64,000 nucleotides of DNA from Callorhinchus milii (Eukaryota): positions 2,976,001 to 3,040,000 of the forward strand of contig NW_024704749.1 in assembly GCF_018977255.1 (NCBI RefSeq). The letters run 5' to 3'. Below the pieces are notes generated by a model, which saw nothing but the letters and a program-made list of their open reading frames with translations, was not told the DNA's origin and made no database searches. A program made the translations under genes and the position numbers. Shown here one piece after another: positions 50,749 through 63,500 of the stretch (positions are counted from its first letter, which is position 1; each line of letters opens with the position of its first letter).

Positions 50749-52921
50749 CTGGAAGGAAAAGATTTTGTACTTAGATCATGTCCATTATTTGATAAGACGA
50801 AGGAAAGTTGAAAACTAAATATCAAATCTTTGTATCAAATACTGCAACGTGTTCTTGGTCTGTTGATAATGATCTTGAACAGTGACAATGTCCGTCTATA
50901 AAGATATTAAATCAGTGTGAAGCGGTTATTGTTGTTAAGGGTTGCTCACCAAACGCTCTGTAGTTTATTATACTATCTCCAGATTATCACGATCCCATTT
51001 ACGAAATGAAGGACTGCAATCACCAGAATCGACAACAGACACTAAAACCAGGTCACAGTGAATACTGCCGGAGCAGCTGATTGACAGCGCAGTAAAACTT
51101 TCGGATTATTAATGATATCTCTGTGAAAGCTCATTCACACGATAGAAAATTTCTCCCACCAAAATGCAGTCAATTCACTTCACGGTATACTCTGTGAAGC
51201 GCTTTGAGACGTCTCGAAGACGTGAAAAGCGTTATGCCAAATTCAAGGATAAAACTCAATGAAAATTAAAGTAAATATAAAATAAATGCTGCTAACTGAC
51301 AATGTTTGCAACTAAACGCTCCATTCCGATGAATTCTCTCCAAACATCCAACTGTCGCCTCTATTTCCAACACTGCCCAATTCTGGGAAGAAATGTGTTT
51401 GAGTACTTTTTGGAGATTGAATAATCGCTATACAATGGCTGGGCACAAACTATACTTTCTCTGATGTCCTTTCCTGAGTCGAGGTGGAACGGGATTCAAG
51501 ATTGACGGTTGTGCGGATAAACAATGACGGATTTCAACAAACTGGAAGATGGTCCAGAATACAAATAAAAATTCACACTTGTACAGAGCCTTTCACCGTG
51601 ACCACTTACAACCAGATGATCATCATAATAATAATCATTGCATTGCTTATAGCACCTTACCACATCTTCGAGACGTCTCAAAGCATTTCACAGAAGATAC
51701 TGTGAAATGAATTGACTGTATATTTGGCGAAAGAACACGAAAAGCATCAGAATCCGAAACTGGTTTGTGTACAATCTCCTGGTTCAAAACATAACGAAAT
51801 GAAACGAGCTATTTATAAATAAAAGCAGAACATTGACAGTTATAAGGATAACGAATCCGTTCCAATAGGTAGCCTTCGGAATTACAGCTGATCGGGATTA
51901 TTGTAAACCCATAATTGTTTTATTGCACGCCCTATAAAAACAATCAGTCTTTCGACAAAAAAGTTTTAGAGACACGAACGGCAGTTATTGAAAACCTGGA
52001 AATCCGGGGGAAAAGGAAAGGGGTTCGCTTTGCTCAAATGTTGTATGAAGGAAAAGTCAATAATTAAGCGTTTGAGCAGCAAAATAAAGCAAAGGTTCAG
52101 CAGCTGGAAAGAATGAATGCCAATTTCACAAAGTTTCATAGGGCGCTTGAAGTATATTCCATTGCATTTATCATAAATATCACTGCGCGGTAGACAGGAA
52201 ATAATCAAGTTACATTTCCATTATTGAGATAACATTTTTCTTTCATTTCTGCTTTGACCAGATTGAGCCGCCGCTCAACAGTCTGTGCCTTCACTCAGCG
52301 CCGATTCACATCTGAACAATTACAGCAACTTGTGGGGAAACACTTGTGACATTACTGAGTCTCTGCTGCTGATTACAGTGGTGCTCCCCTCAGCGACATC
52401 AAACACCGAATCCGGAGAAAATAAAACATGTTAAACAATCAAATATCCGAATACAACTCCGCCGAAAGAAGATAATAGATATATCGACTAATGGGAAGAA
52501 TAACACAGAGGTTCTTTGCACAAGTCTAATTTCTATCAAAATTCGCATTAATTCACTGAGACGATCATAACATTGGAATTGTTCTCAAATAATGGATTAG
52601 TTGCTTATGTGAAATACTGGTCAGAGAAACCTTTCTCAGAGTAATTCCCGGTCATATGGGTAATAGTTGAAGACTGTTTCTGGTTCCCTTGGAAGTTTAA
52701 CGTCTTGAAATATTCAAGTATTTCTACGATGTACTTCTACAAACATTTCTACGATGTTTTTTCATCTGAGATTGAACTCCTCACCAATCGGTTCAGCAAT
52801 CCTGAATAAATCTGGTACCAGGAATTTGGTTGTCTAATGCAAATCAAAATAATTATTGGAAACAACAATATTTAGCTTGAACCCACCACGTGCAAAGTGT
52901 AGAATGCGAAAGATCACTTAC

Positions 52922-53272
52922 TTTTCAAACTCAGTTCACTGCCTTTCCCGAAAAAGAAGTGATACGGACTGCTCTTATCCCTGGCACCACAGGAGTAATC
53001 GGCGGCGTCCTCAGCTTGCACACCGCTGATGGTTAAATGCACGGCGTTGTTCCCTGAGTCCGCAGAACCAGAGAATCGATCAGGAATCCCCTGAGGTTTG
53101 CCGTTGTAACTTGACCAGAGAAGCACAGGGGCGCCGTCAAGCTTCTGCTGGTACCAGCTGGTGTAGTAGCTGCCGATGCTGCCTCCGGACATGGTACAGG
53201 TGATCTTGACGGTGTTTCCCGGGGAGGATGAGATGGACGATGGCTGAGTCAGGGTAACAGCTGCGGTTGTGC
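52922..53272 (-). CDS. IGLV: Germline-joined VJ exon, cluster A' (intact)
   Basis: 351 nt, 5 substitutions versus cluster A; [26 protein letters not shown]. Confidence 0.95.
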
Positions 53273-53358
53273 CTGGAGAAACAACAAGTCAATATGTACA
53301 TTGTAAAACCGTACAAATTGAATGTAACTCAGATCAGTGCGGATTCCATAGCGCTTAC

Positions 53359-53407
53359 CATGTAAACACAGGAGCAAAGCGGACAGGACTCGGAGCCAAT
53401 CGCCCAT
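53359..53407 (-). CDS. IGLV: Leader exon, cluster A'
   Basis: MGDWLRVLSALLLCLH+G, donor GTAAGC. Confidence 0.93.
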
Positions 53408-53481
53408 CGTGAATAGTTTGATGAAGATCAGAGAGATGAAGGATTTTCCAGACCAAAGCCACTTTACTGCTTGTTCTCAAC

Positions 53482-53542
53482 TTCTCCTTAAGAACCATCA
53501 GGTGATGTAAGTCCAATTGAATTAATGAACTATGCAAATCAC
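53482..53542 (-). promoter_or_regulatory. Octamer promoter, cluster A' (octamer 53532-53539)
   Basis: Same conserved block as cluster A. Confidence 0.85.
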
Positions 53543-56500
53543 CATCCGGGTTGCACCGCCCAATCGGAGTTTTGTTCTGAACTGGAGATTCAAGATCATG
53601 CAGATTGGAGACATTTTACCGCCGATACTTCAAAAGATATTTCATGATAATATTACATAACGTTTCTCTGTGAAGTGTTTGAATTATTTAAGAATTTTTC
53701 TTTCCAGTATGAAACAGATTACTTGATTGAAAATGAAGGTAGAATAAAATAATTCTCAATAATTTACAGAATGTTGGAAAAGTCTTATTCCATTAAATAC
53801 AAATATATTTCTCAGTTTTGTAGCATATGAAACCTGCAAGATTTTCCGCTGCTCCACGTGGAACTACATTTTTGTGGAGCTCTTTCCTATGTTGGATAAT
53901 TTTGTTGGTAAGAAATTTTCATCAGTTACAATTTGCACGCTGTGAGATGCAGACCTGAACAGGAGGCTATATTTCATGTCAATGGTAAAGCTTTTATATC
54001 ATTGAACTATACAGCGGGTATATTATCACATTATAAATAGCATTTACATTGTATTCCATATAAATTGTCCAAGTCAGCACTGCGCAGGCAACAGCCCCAT
54101 CCTGCCCGCACTCTCAGATTCACTTTGCTCCACTGGGCCTCGCTCCACACATAATCATCTGTTTAATAGCAGCATTAGAGTTGCAATCCCTTGTTGCGAT
54201 GCTTAAAAAAGAAAGTTTCTCTCTAAACGTTATAAACGGGGAAGGGAGACTGGGCTCTTTTGAACCGCTTGACGGGAGGACATCTCCGCAGATAACCATA
54301 GGTGTTTGTCATCTTATTGATGCAGTTTTGCGCTGTTTCCAACTTCGAAGTGTGGAGAGGCGAAGATGGACAAGCAATGGGTTTACCATTAAAATACCCT
54401 CAATTACAAATTATATGGGTTTAACTGTTTCAAACCCAGCAGCGTCTCAAATGATAATTTGGTGTCCGCAAAGTTGGTTATATTCAATCTAACTCTAATA
54501 ATTTGCAGAATACCGTAAGCGTTGTTAAGGGAGAGAGGGATCATTCAATTCCCTTTCCAGTAAAATTGGCACAATAACAATAATCCTTGCGTTTGATTTA
54601 ACCCCTTATCACATGTTAGAGATGTATCAAAGGCATTTTTCATAGAATATCATGGATTTATTAAATCTCATCATTTTTGAAGAGGCTCAGAAGTGACTGT
54701 GATTTGCTATTCCTGCCCTCAACCACCTGCCAACAACTAAAAGCAATGAACACTCAAATTGGGGTTTGGCTTGGCACTCTCGGAAACAAAGAATATGGTA
54801 GACTTTGAAAAGGAGTGGGTGGAAGTGTTGCTTCCTTAAGCATATTTTGCTAACAATTAAACAATGAACAATTTGCGAATCAGATGAAATATTGGGCAGA
54901 GTTTCTAACACTCTATTCTATTATTTTTGTTCAATTGTGAACTAAATTATTAATTTCCAATTCAATTTTAGATAATACCGGACACTAATGTTCTCTTCTT
55001 GTCTGGCTGCTGTGTTTCGCCAGCAACATATACAGTCATTTCACTTCACAGTGTGTCATGTGAAGCAGCTTCAGATATCATGTCCATGTGATAAGGCGAT
55101 ATATCAAATGCAAGGATTATTATTAATATTGGGCGCTAACGTTCTCTTCTTGTCTTGGAAAGAGGCTGATCAATATATTTGTAATGAACAAAACACAAAA
55201 TACAGCAGATGCTGGAAATCTGAAACAAAAACAGAGATCGCTGGGAACACTCCGCAGATCAGGCAGCATCTATGGAGAAAGGAAAGTGAGTCGAAAGTGA
55301 CTTATTTTCCTTTATTACACAGATGCTGCCTGAGCTGCTGAGTGTTCCCAACGCTTCTAATTTTTGTTCGTAATGAAGTTTGCCTCCACCATGTTTAAAC
55401 AAACCAAAGTAAATTGCAATGCCTCTGACTGCATGATATGCTGTGAAGCACTTTGTGACATGTCAATGTATGGTAGGATGCTATATGAAAGAATTATCTC
55501 TTGTAATACTGGATCTTTTGTAATAAAACATCAACAACTGTAAATCTGTATTTCCTTCCAGGAAACAGATGTGATGGCATCAACACAAAAACTGAATATC
55601 GCTGTTCTTGACATCTTCATGACAACTATTATGTGTTGTTATATGGTACAGGAAATGTCTATGCAGATTTACGTAACTCACCATTAATGCATGCATTGAA
55701 CTCTGCGCATGTGCCGATCTATTGGCACATTTGTGATACATCAACTCAAAGGACTTCCACTTGAGCAGAAAGATAGAACAATCTTCATTTTACATATACT
55801 TACAGTATTTCTACAATACATGTACCATAGTATTATAAAATAAATGTATAATAATACATTGGATGCAGCAATTTTCATATCAAGGGGACGTTTTGTGATG
55901 CTTCACTGGATTTAATGTACATTTTTACTTGGCAAACGTGGCAACCAACTTAAGCACAGCAACGTCTCACAAACAGCCATGAAGTAAAGGAAATTTTCCT
56001 CGGGGAAAATCTGTCCAGGAACTCAGGACACATTGTATTCTCACTTTGCAGAGTGACAAAGAATGTTAAACATCCACCATGAATGGAAAAAAGGTATGGT
56101 ACCTCCAACCATGCAGGCATCCACATTATTGCATTGGAGTGTCACTTCAGACCACTTCAATTCAAAGGCCTAATGTGGAAATCGCAATCTATTGCATTAG
56201 AGATCAGAAGGATACCAACTGTGGTCATGCTGAGACATTTAAGAATCTACCTGAAAAAGAGTTGGATACCTACCCAGTCCATTCTCCAATTTTGATTTGA
56301 TCATTTCGGGATCAGTTCCAATTTCCACACATTGACAAGACATAGGCTCATGCCAGCACCTCAGCACCAGCACATCAGCATCTCAGGCAGTGGGAGCATC
56401 AGCATCCCAGGATGCACACATACTTCAGCAAGCCAGTAAGCAATCTAGACATCTTGGTCACCCCTCAACTGTCCTTTCTATCCCAAAGGCATGTCCTGAC

Positions 56501-57559
56501 CCGTTCTGCCTTGCCCCACCTTCTCAATATTACTGGACTCAGCTATTGTCGCAGCCCTCAGGCTGATGAAACCCTAATAAATGCTCTCATTAGAACCAAA
56601 CTAAATATGCCAACACCTTGCTTGTCGGCCTTTCCATCTCTTCCCTCCACAATCTGCAGATCATGCAGATCTCTGCAGCTCGAGTTCTCTCCACGGCCCC
56701 TCACAGCCTCAATTAACTGGCTCCACTGGCTTCCCATACCTAGAGTATCAAGTTCAAAATTCTCATCTTCACCTTCAAGGCCCTCCATGGCCTTGCCTCC
56801 TCCTACTTCACTTACCAGCTAACAACTTATCAAACGGTCCGCTCGCTCGACTCAGTCGGCTCCGGCAGTGGTTGGACCTACAGCATGTCTGCCCACACAC
56901 TTTGGAAAGCCATCCCACATTTCTTTCACCTCGATTCCTCCGATAGCAACACAAGGAAAGCATCAAGCCTCTCTGTGTCTATTCTACCTCTGTTGTTTTG
57001 TTAAATAAGATTCATTTTAATATTAATACATAGGCTCCAGCTGTTTCTCTATATTCGTCAATGTTTCATTTCCCTCTTCACTGATTCAACCGCAGTGTCC
57101 ACTTATAGTCCTGAATTGAACATTTTAATAACATTCATGTAATCAAAAGTACAATAACCTTATTTGTTGTAACCATGGATGGCTTATTCCACCAATTCCT
57201 AAAATCTTAGTGGTTTCTTTCTCCCCTGTTTCCTACCACCATGCATATATGGGTATTGATATACACACATACACATATATATACATTCACTATTAATTCT
57301 TCTTTTGCTCTTCTTACAAACCATATGAAAATCAACCTTTTCTAACAAGTTTGAAGGGAACTGAACATTTCGGAATGTTTTCACAAATAAGTTGAATATT
57401 ATGCTTCTATTCCTTTGGTCCTCTAAATTCCTTGTGGAATATGTCTTCCCATTGGATGGAATTCTGTGTATGTAATTTCATCAAATCATTAAATCTTTAC
57501 TGTTTATCTAAATGTGCACCTGAACATATCAAAAGAAACTCGTGGTTTGGACAGAACCG

Positions 57560-60545
57560 AATAACATAACATAACAAAACATGAGGAGCAGGAGTAGGTC
57601 ATTCGGTCCTTCAAGCCTGCCCCGCCATTCAATCATGGCTGATCTTCTAATCTAACTCCAGCTAATAACCTGACCCTGCCTTATCCCCAAATCCCTTAAT
57701 CCCTTTTGCAATAAGAAATCTATCTATCTCAGTCTTGAATATGTTCCAGGACTGAGCGTCAACAGCCCTTTGGGGTAGCGCGTTCCATACATTCACCACT
57801 CTTTGAGTGAAGAAGTTCTTCCTCAACTCAGTGCGAAAGAAGCCTGGCCTCTGATTTTAAGGTTGTGACCCCTGGTTTTAGTTTCTCCAACCAGGGAAAA
57901 CAATCTCCCACTATCTATTCTATCATGCCCTTTGACGATCTTATACGTTTCTATAAGAACCCCTCTAATTCTTCTATATTCGAGAGAATATAGGCACAAA
58001 TTGGTCAGCCTATCCTCGTATCCCATCCCCTTCATTCCTGGTACTAACCTAGTAAATCTTCGCTGTACCTCCTCCAAGGCAAGTACATCCTTCCTTAAAT
58101 AAGGAGAACAAAACTGCACACAGTATTCCAGGTGTGGTATGACCAGGGCCCGATACGGTTGCCGCAAGACTTCCCTGCTCTTATACTCTAATCCATTCAT
58201 AATGAATGCTAACATACCGTTCGGCTACCTAATTGCTTACGGCACCTGCAGACTAACATTCTGTGATTGGTGTACAAGGACACCCAAATCTCTCTGGACA
58301 CTAACACATTCCATTCTCTCCCCTTCTAAAAAATAACCCGCTGTACTGTTTTTGTTACCGAGGTGGATGACTTAATAATAATAATAATAATACTCGCACT
58401 TCCCTACATTATACTTCATCTGCCACCTACCTACCTGCCCAATCACTTAACCTATCTATGTCTCACTGCATTTTTTTAATGTCATCTTCTGTGTTGACAC
58501 TTCCCCCTAGTTTTGTGTCATCCGCGAATTTAGATATTTTAACTTTGATGTCCTCATCTAGATCGTTGATGTAGATTGTACATAGCTGAGGCCCAAGGAC
58601 TGATACTTGTGGCACTCCACTAGTCATATCTCGTCAATCTGAAAAGGACCCGTTTACCCCTTCTCTTTGTTTCCTACCCGTTAAACATCCCACAATCCAC
58701 GTTATTATGCTCCCCCCAAATCCATGGCCCTTATCTTTTGGACTAACCTTTTATGCGGCATCTTATCGAGCACCTTCTGGAAGTCCAAATAGACTACATC
58801 CACTGATTCACGCTTATCTAGTTTACTCAAAATAGCCTCAAAAAACTCTGTGAGATTTGTCAAACTTGACTTCCCATGTTGACTTGGCCTAATTATATTG
58901 TGCTCCGCTAAATACCGCACTACCACATCATTAATCAATGATAATAAATTTTTTCCGATCACTGATGAGAGACGAACTGGCCTAGAGTTCCCCATCTTCT
59001 TCCTTTCCACCTTTTTTAAATAGTGGTGTGACATTTGTGATCTTCCAATCATGGGGACTGTTCCAGAATCCAAGGAATTTTGGAAGATCAGACACAAGGC
59101 CTCCACTATCTCATAAGCTCCTCTTTTAAAACCCTGGGATGCAAGCCATCCGCACCAGGGCATTTGTCACTTTTTAGTGCTAACAGTTTCCCAATTCTCC
59201 ACCAATTCTGTTCTAATGAAAATTTCCCTAAGTTGCTCCCTGTCCTTACCCCCTTGGTGCATATCTATTGTTGGCAGACTTGTGTCTTCTAGGGTGATGA
59301 CAGATGCAAAGTACCCATTTAGGGTCTCTGCCATGTCCGTATCCCCCATTAAAGCTTCTCCCGTCTCTGACTGAAGTGGATCTACATTTACCCTCACTCG
59401 CCTATTCCTCTTAATGTATTTGTAAAAACTTTTACAATCAGACTTAATGTTCCTAGCCAACTTACCCTCGTACTCCTTTTTCTCACTCCTTATGAGTTTT
59501 TAGTTTTTTTTTGCTGGCTTCTAAAACTCTCCCAATCTTCAGATTTGCTGCCTTTCTTGGCAGTTTTATCAGCTTTTTCTTTCAATGTGATGCTTTCCCT
59601 AACTGCTCTAGTTAGCCACGGATGAATTGCTTTCCCTGTGGTAAGCTTATTCCGCAAGGGAATATGCGACCGCTGATTAATTTGCACTACATCCTTAAAT
59701 ATTTGCCACGGTTGGTCTACATTTTTACCCCTTAATCTCATTCTTCAGTCTATTTTACCTAATTCTTTCCTGATACCTACAAAATTAGCCCTATTTCAAT
59801 TCAGAGTACTTGCCTCGGATTTAACTATCTCTCTCTCTAACTTAATGCAGAATTCAATCATATTGTGATCACTCTGCCCTCGAGGAGTCTTAATAACTAC
59901 ACTGCCGACTCGCCCTGTTTCGTTGCACAAAACAAGGTCTAAGATGGCCTGTCCCCTAGTTGGTACCTCAGCATGCTGCTCTAGAACGTTATCTCTCATA
60001 CTCTCAATGAACTCTTTTTCTAACCTACTTTTACCGATTTGGTTTTCCCAATGTATGTGGAGATTGAAATCACCCACTATTATCACTTTACCTTTCCAAC
60101 ATGCTCCACTGATTTCTTGATTAATACCTTGTGATATATATATATATATACATATATGGAGCAATGTTCTCCCCTCAGTGATGTCAAACCCAGAACTGGG
60201 AGGAAAACCACTCCCATTTATATTTCCTGCCCCTTATTATTTTTTATTTCCACCCATATTGTCTCGACCTCCTGGTCATCGGATTTCAGTTCCTTCCTCT
60301 CCACTGCTTGTATTTCATCCCTGGTTAACAGGGCTTCCCCCCCCCCCCATCCCCCACCTCGATTCCCACAGCGCCTGTCTTTCCTGTAAACTGAGAACCC
60401 TGGAATATTTAACACCCATGCTCGATCTCCTTGTAACCATGTTTCAGTGATGGCTACCACAGCGTACCCATATGTATCTATCTGTGCTTTTAATTCATCA
60501 GTATTATTCCGAATGCTTCGCGCATTCTGATATAACATTATTAAC
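57560..60545 (-). mobile_element. CR1 LINE, near-complete but decayed ORF2
   Basis: LYQNARSIRN...AITETWL, IIVGDFN, VVYLDFQK and LEYCVQF motifs, with a CR1 3' tail at 57560-57660. Confidence 0.92.
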
Positions 60546-60993
60546 TGGAGGATAAAAGAGTCACAGCACAGAGGAAAATGACAGTCATTTTACTAAGCTG
60601 CAGTATTTGCTATTTCTGTAATGTTGAACAAGGGCTTGATCATTGCAACGTGAATGCACTGGAAGATACAAATATTCAATTCCAGCAAACTGTCTGCATA
60701 GTATTGTGTCTATGTTTTCCCAGCTCTCTCTGTTTTTGTTTCAGACTCCAGCATCTGCAGTATTTGTGTTTTGTACATAGTATTGATGACGGTTTCAATA
60801 CATTGTTGAAAAACATCTACGAGCTTGTTTCCTTCTCTCAGGATATTTATCGAAAGTGTCGACAAAATGAATTTTTTTGTCACTTTGGACATTTGTGACA
60901 AAATGAACACAATCTCAAAAAGACTGCAAAGCACAATTATTATCATGAAAGATAGATTGCCAATTGTACATTGTACAAAACGCTTTAATCCCC
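60546..60993 (-). other. Remnant 3' UTR and flank of a deleted C exon
   Basis: Aligns with 12600-12940 and 26420-26762; AATAAA changed to AGTAAA (60589-60594); joins directly to J-C intron sequence near 60993. Confidence 0.75.
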
Positions 60994-62280
60994 ACCATAA
61001 ATCAACCGCTCCTTCAATAGTGTTTCATCAGATAATAAGAACATGAAATCCGAAGAAATAAATGTTTTCATTTTTACCAAACACTGTAAACAAACCATTA
61101 CAGCAGTAAAATGCGATTCCAATATTGACATCGCTGCTGGGTCAACCTCCGATTTCACAATAATTTTGCTGGAAATAAATCTGTTTTGAGCAGATTGACC
61201 CGCTGCCCAGCCGGTATCTTCACTCAGTACTGAATCGCATCAGAACAATCACAACAACTTGTGGTGAAACACGAGACATCACTGAATCTCTGCTGTCAAT
61301 TGCAATGTTCTCCCCTCAGTGATGTCAAACCCAGAACTGGGAGGAGAGAAAGCCTTTTAAAAAGTCTGCAGAATGATGAATAAAATTGACACATCTATTA
61401 GTGGGAGGAATAACGCAATGGTTCATTGCACCAGTCTCAATTGTATGAAAAGGTGCTCACACTTTGACTGAACCGAATGCAACATTAGAATTATTCTAAA
61501 ATAATGGATTAGATACTAATGTGACATGATCATCACATAAAACTCTACTAGACTTATTCCCAGTCATCTGAGGATCAGGTGAAGGGGATTACTCACTCAA
61601 TTGGAAGTTAAATTCTTCAAATATTCAATTAGTTACAGACTGGAAACATTTGCATGGTATTCGGTTCCCTCTGAGTTTTGAATCGGTCCATTGGAGCCCA
61701 TTGTAAATCGGCTATTTGTCTTCTTGTGATGAAGATTCTTTTAAATATCACATGGTAATACCAAACTGGGTGAAAACACTGTAAAGCAAGGAGGCTGTTC
61801 TTCGATCCTAGGTATAACATTGATACCTCCTTTCACTGGTGTAGCTCATTATTTACCAGGATCTCCAGATGGTGGTCCAGTGAATCTCACTTCTTCAGTC
61901 CTTCCATATACAGACTGTTAAATAAAAAGGTTACCAGCATTTTACACCTCTTCACAAAACTAATTTCTTCCTCCACATTTTTGCTTTTGCTGTTTTTTTT
62001 CACTTTCCACCTTAACTGCTCAGAGATTCTCAAAGAAGCTTAGGGTTCTCGTGCTTCTTACTTCAGATTGTCCGAATTCCACATAAAGTGTTCACCATTG
62101 CAAAAATATAGGCCAGCTGCAAATATTACAGGAACAGTGTCAAACAGAATTGAACTGAGGGCAAGGCACGGACAGATACATATTTATACTGTAGAATCTT
62201 TAAAGTAGAATCAGATCAAAATAGTTATCGAAAAATCGAAACCCCCAGGTGCAAGTTATATAATGTCAAAAATCACTAAC

Positions 62281-62592
62281 TTCTCGAACTCAACTTGATT
62301 ACCGAACAAGAAGTTATATGCAATGCGGCCATACTGGTTACCACAGTAGTAATCGGTGGCATCCTCCGGTTGCACACCACTGATGGTTAAAGTGCATAGA
62401 GGATTCCACAGAACCAGTGAATCGAACAGGAATGCCTTCAGCTATGCTTATGTTCTCATGCCAAAGAAACACCTGGGAGCTGCCAGGCTTCTGCTGGCAC
62501 CAACATGTCCAATAATTGCCCGCCCTCCTGGCTCAAGACACGGACATGGTTGATCTTGATGGCATTTCCCGGGCCGGTTGAGTCAGGGTAAC
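62281..62592 (-). pseudogene. IGLV: Decayed germline-joined VJ exon with no leader and no C
   Basis: Fragments VTLTQP, PGNAIKI, WCQQKPGSSQVFLWHEN...GIPVRFTGSVES, TISGVQPEDATDYYC-GNQYGRIAYNFL-FGN. Several deletions including the first Cys; donor GTTAGT. Confidence 0.88.
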
Positions 62593-62599
62593 ATGTTAA

Positions 62600-62810
62600 C
62601 TGTTTCTTTTAAAAGCTGTTTTAAATCCGTGTCCTCAGGTTACCACCCGCCTGCCAGTGAATATACTTTCTCCTTGTTCACCCCATCAAATCCTCTCATG
62701 ACTTTGAAAACATCTATGAAGTCTCCTGTTCACCTTCTGTGCTCCAAAGGAAATAATCCTATCTTCTCCAGCCTCTCCTCATAACTGAGATTGATTCCTT
62801 GGCAATGCCA
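62600..62810 (-). mobile_element. Old CR1 3' fragment at the position of the lost leader
   Basis: tatgaggagaggctggagaagataggattatttcctttggagcacagaagg resembles CR1 YEERL...L(F)SLE.RR. Confidence 0.7.
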
Positions 62811-63169
62811 AACGTTGGACAAGTTTTCAAGATTTGGTCACTCAATCCACATCTTTCTGGAGGACACTGCAGTGTGCCATTGACTGCCAAGTTTCGCCCA
62901 CAAAATATACTGACAATTAACTTCACAGTATATTTTGTGTAGAGCTTTGAGACATCGTGAACGCATGCACTATAATAAATGCAAGGAACTTTTTNACTAA
63001 TATTAATCACAACCCTCAATTATTTACAGAACGTCTTATTCCATTAATTATAAATATTTGTCATTGCTTTGCAGCGTATGAATCCTGCAACACCTCTTGT
63101 CCAGGGTCACATGGAATTACATGGCTGTGGCGCTTGTTCCAATGTTGGATGATCATCCATAAGAACGTA

Positions 63170-63500
63170 ACAAAATGCTTACCCGGCTCCATTTGCTCGC
63201 CAAAATGCAAAATCCTCAAACTGGTCTTCAAAGCCCTTTGCGGTTATGCTCCTCCCTATATCTGTTTCCTTCTACGGGTCCGCATCTTCCGCTCAGCGGG
63301 CACTGGTCTACTCCATGTCTCCTTATCGACGCACAACATTATCGATCGTGAGGCCTTCAATTTCTCTGCCCCATCATTTGGAAATACATCACACATCCCT
63401 CACTTCCCTCCTTCGAGGCACGTCTGAATACCTTCCTCTTCAACCGCATTTTGGGTCAATCTCCTCTCCCATCCCTCACTGCTTCCTCCTCTACTGATTA
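63170..63500 (+). mobile_element. Old L2 3' fragment
   Basis: KILKLVFKALCGYAPPY...REAFNFSAP homology. Confidence 0.7.

Larger units (their letters stand above)
51070..57175 (+). repeat. Segmental duplication, copy 2 (A-type cluster)
   Basis: Matches 1-6115. Confidence 0.95.
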
